Below, piece after piece: positions 62,654 through 64,000 of a DNA stretch of 64,000 nt. Position 1 is the stretch's first letter; every line of letters starts with the position of its first letter. Both the position numbers and the translations under genes were made by a program. The stretch is from Clostridia bacterium (GTDB taxonomy: Bacteria > Bacillota > Clostridia > Christensenellales > UBA1242): contig JAZUCT010000011.1 in the NCBI GenBank assembly GCA_045639255.1, positions 14,357 to 78,356 on the forward strand. Direction: 5' to 3'. A model generated the notes under the pieces. The model saw only the letters and a program-made list of their open reading frames with translations, was not told the DNA's origin and made no database searches.

Positions 62654-64000
62654 TTATGCCACCAAATTTACGCTTGTAACATCAACATCAATTTGTTGTT
62701 CAACACCATTTCTTTCAACCGTTAAGGTTATTGTTGTGTTTGGTTTAACTGCAATAAGTTCTTCACTTAATTGAAACAAGCGTGTTAATGCCATTGTTTT
62801 GTTGTTATATGTGCAACTTTTAAGAACATCGTTAACTTTTAAACCAGCAATGCTTGCCACTGAATTTTCTGTAACAGTTGCAATTTTTAATTTTTGAACA
62901 ATTTCAACTTTTTGCGTTTGAGTGTTAAATTGTGCAATTGAATCTGCAACTTCCACCATTATTCCAAGCACCGCTTTTGTAACATTCACTGGTGTGCCGT
63001 TATATTTTGAAATAATGTTTTCTGCAACATATATTGCAAGGGTGTGCGGAATGGCATAACTTATGTTTTCAATTTCGGTTGCAACTGTTTTTGCATTAAC
63101 AATTCCAATAAGTTTTCCGTCTGCATTAAACAATCCACCGCCAGAGTTTCCGCCATTAACAGCAGCATCAATTCGCATAACCCTGAAATCAATTTCAGTT
63201 TTTTCATCGGCACCTAACATGGTAAGATATTCACTATCCACACTTACAATTCCGCTGGTTGCTGAAATGCCATAACCTTCTGGGTTTCCAATTGCAACTG
63301 CTGTGTCGCCAGCACTTGCAGGAAGTGAAGCCATTTCTGCTTTTGTTGCATTGCTGTTTTTAAGCACTTCGCTTGATTTAACTTGCAACACTGCAATATC
63401 ATATGTCATTGAACCACCCATATAAGTGCAATCAATTTCATAGCCCGAAAGTTGTTTACCATAAATATATGCAACAATTTTGTGGCTTATTTTGTTTTCG
63501 CCTGTGCTATCTTTGTTATAAACCACATGGAAGTTTGTTATAATAATTGCATTTCCATTTTGTTTATCAAGCGAATAAATAACACCTGAACCTGCTGATG
63601 TAACTGTGTTGGTTATTGTTTGACCCCAAAAATTTGTGGTTTGAATGTTATAATCACAAAAAATGCTTACCACACTTGTTATTGCTTTGTTAACCGCATA
63701 TTGCACAACCTGTGTTCCGCTTGGGCCTGTTGCACCAGTATCGCCTTTATCGCCCTTAACAAATTGCATTAAAAATTCATCAAATGTTCCACTAAATCCG
63801 TTTTGCTTTGCTTCTTCATAAAGCGATGTTATAACTTCGGCATCTTTGCCATCAACACCGTCCTTACCATCTTTGCCATCTTTTCCATCTGCACCTTTTA
63901 AACTTTCAAGCCATTCAGAAAGCGTGCCTTCAAAACCATTTTCAACAGCAAGTTCATATGCCGATTTTCCTTCAAAACTGCACCCTGTGAAACAAACAGT
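62654..64000 (-). CDS. HtrA/DegP-family serine protease with a PDZ domain, a collagen-like Gly-X-Y tract and a lipoprotein N-terminus (5' end at or beyond the window edge)
   Basis: Trypsin-like core (TNFHVV, DIAVLQV, GNSGGGLFN) plus PDZ. The frame stays open upstream of M63769 and reads ...VCFTGCSFEGKSAYELAVENGFEGTLSEWLESLKGADGKDGKDGKDGVDGKD...FVKGDKGDTGATGPSG. Confidence 0.75.
   Translation of the reverse strand, partial: TVCFTGCSFEGKSAYELAVENGFEGTLSEWLESLKGADGKDGKDGKDGVDGKDAEVITSLYEEAKQNGFSGTFDEFLMQFVKGDKGDTGATGPSGTQVVQYAVNKAITSVVSIFCDYNIQTTNFWGQTITNTVTSAGSGVIYSLDKQNGNAIIITNFHVVYNKDSTGENKISHKIVAYIYGKQLSGYEIDCTYMGGSMTYDIAVLQVKSSEVLKNSNATKAEMASLPASAGDTAVAIGNPEGYGISATSGIVSVDSEYLTMLGADEKTEIDFRVMRIDAAVNGGNSGGGLFNADGKLIGIVNAKTVATEIENISYAIPHTLAIYVAENIISKYNGTPVNVTKAVLGIMVEVADSIAQFNTQTQKVEIVQKLKIATVTENSVASIAGLKVNDVLKSCTYNNKTMALTRLFQLSEELIAVKPNTTITLTVERNGVEQQIDVDVTSVNLVA

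Noticed and set aside
1-64000. Calling the genome outright as genetic code 4 or 25
   Set aside because: Trp is encoded by TGG throughout. Only one sense-position TGA is visible. prfB, with its UGA-dependent frameshift site, is intact. The evidence is suggestive but contradictory, so it is kept as a question rather than a call.

Overview
This 64-kb window comes from a compact, AT-rich chromosome that looks like a low-GC Firmicute, probably an anaerobic Clostridia-like organism. Lineage markers are ricT/yaaT, spoVG, spoIIE, sigH, mini-RNase III and desulfoferrodoxin. I support about 55 protein genes. I saw no rRNA, tRNA or CRISPR array by eye. Most of the window is housekeeping: holB, murC, dnaB, mfd, pth, cysS, rplJ-rplL, rpsF-ssb-rpsR, recR, ybaB, dnaX, metG, ychF, uppP, uvrC, mnmA, queH, prfB, tsaD, ftsH, dnaE and an HtrA-like protease. 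All product names come from motifs I recognised in the ORF translations; no database search was possible.

Observations worth a second look:
1. dnaX is split by a frame change exactly at an A_AAA_AAC heptamer that is followed by a GC-rich hairpin. This is a candidate -1 programmed frameshift required to make full-length tau.
2. murC carries one in-frame TGA. None of the 53 stop codons I read is TGA (40 TAA, 13 TAG), yet prfB keeps the canonical UGA-dependent +1 frameshift site.
3. A family of about 45-nt structured repeat arms occurs as two inverted doublets and one singlet. The flanks are conserved and the inner hairpin differs in sequence between copies but still pairs. One copy is flanked by a 20-24 bp duplication that splits the rplL terminator.
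4. Two paralogous cytosolic BspA-type LRR proteins of about 960-980 aa, with an unrecognised Cys-rich C-terminal module, bracket sigH-rlmB-mrnC.
5. An orphan VirB3(PrgI)-VirB4 fusion ATPase sits among housekeeping genes.
6. A truncated toxin-like C-terminal fragment plus an immunity-like gene abuts one repeat copy.
7. Several leaders carry terminator or attenuator hairpins (rplJ, metG, uppP upstream region).
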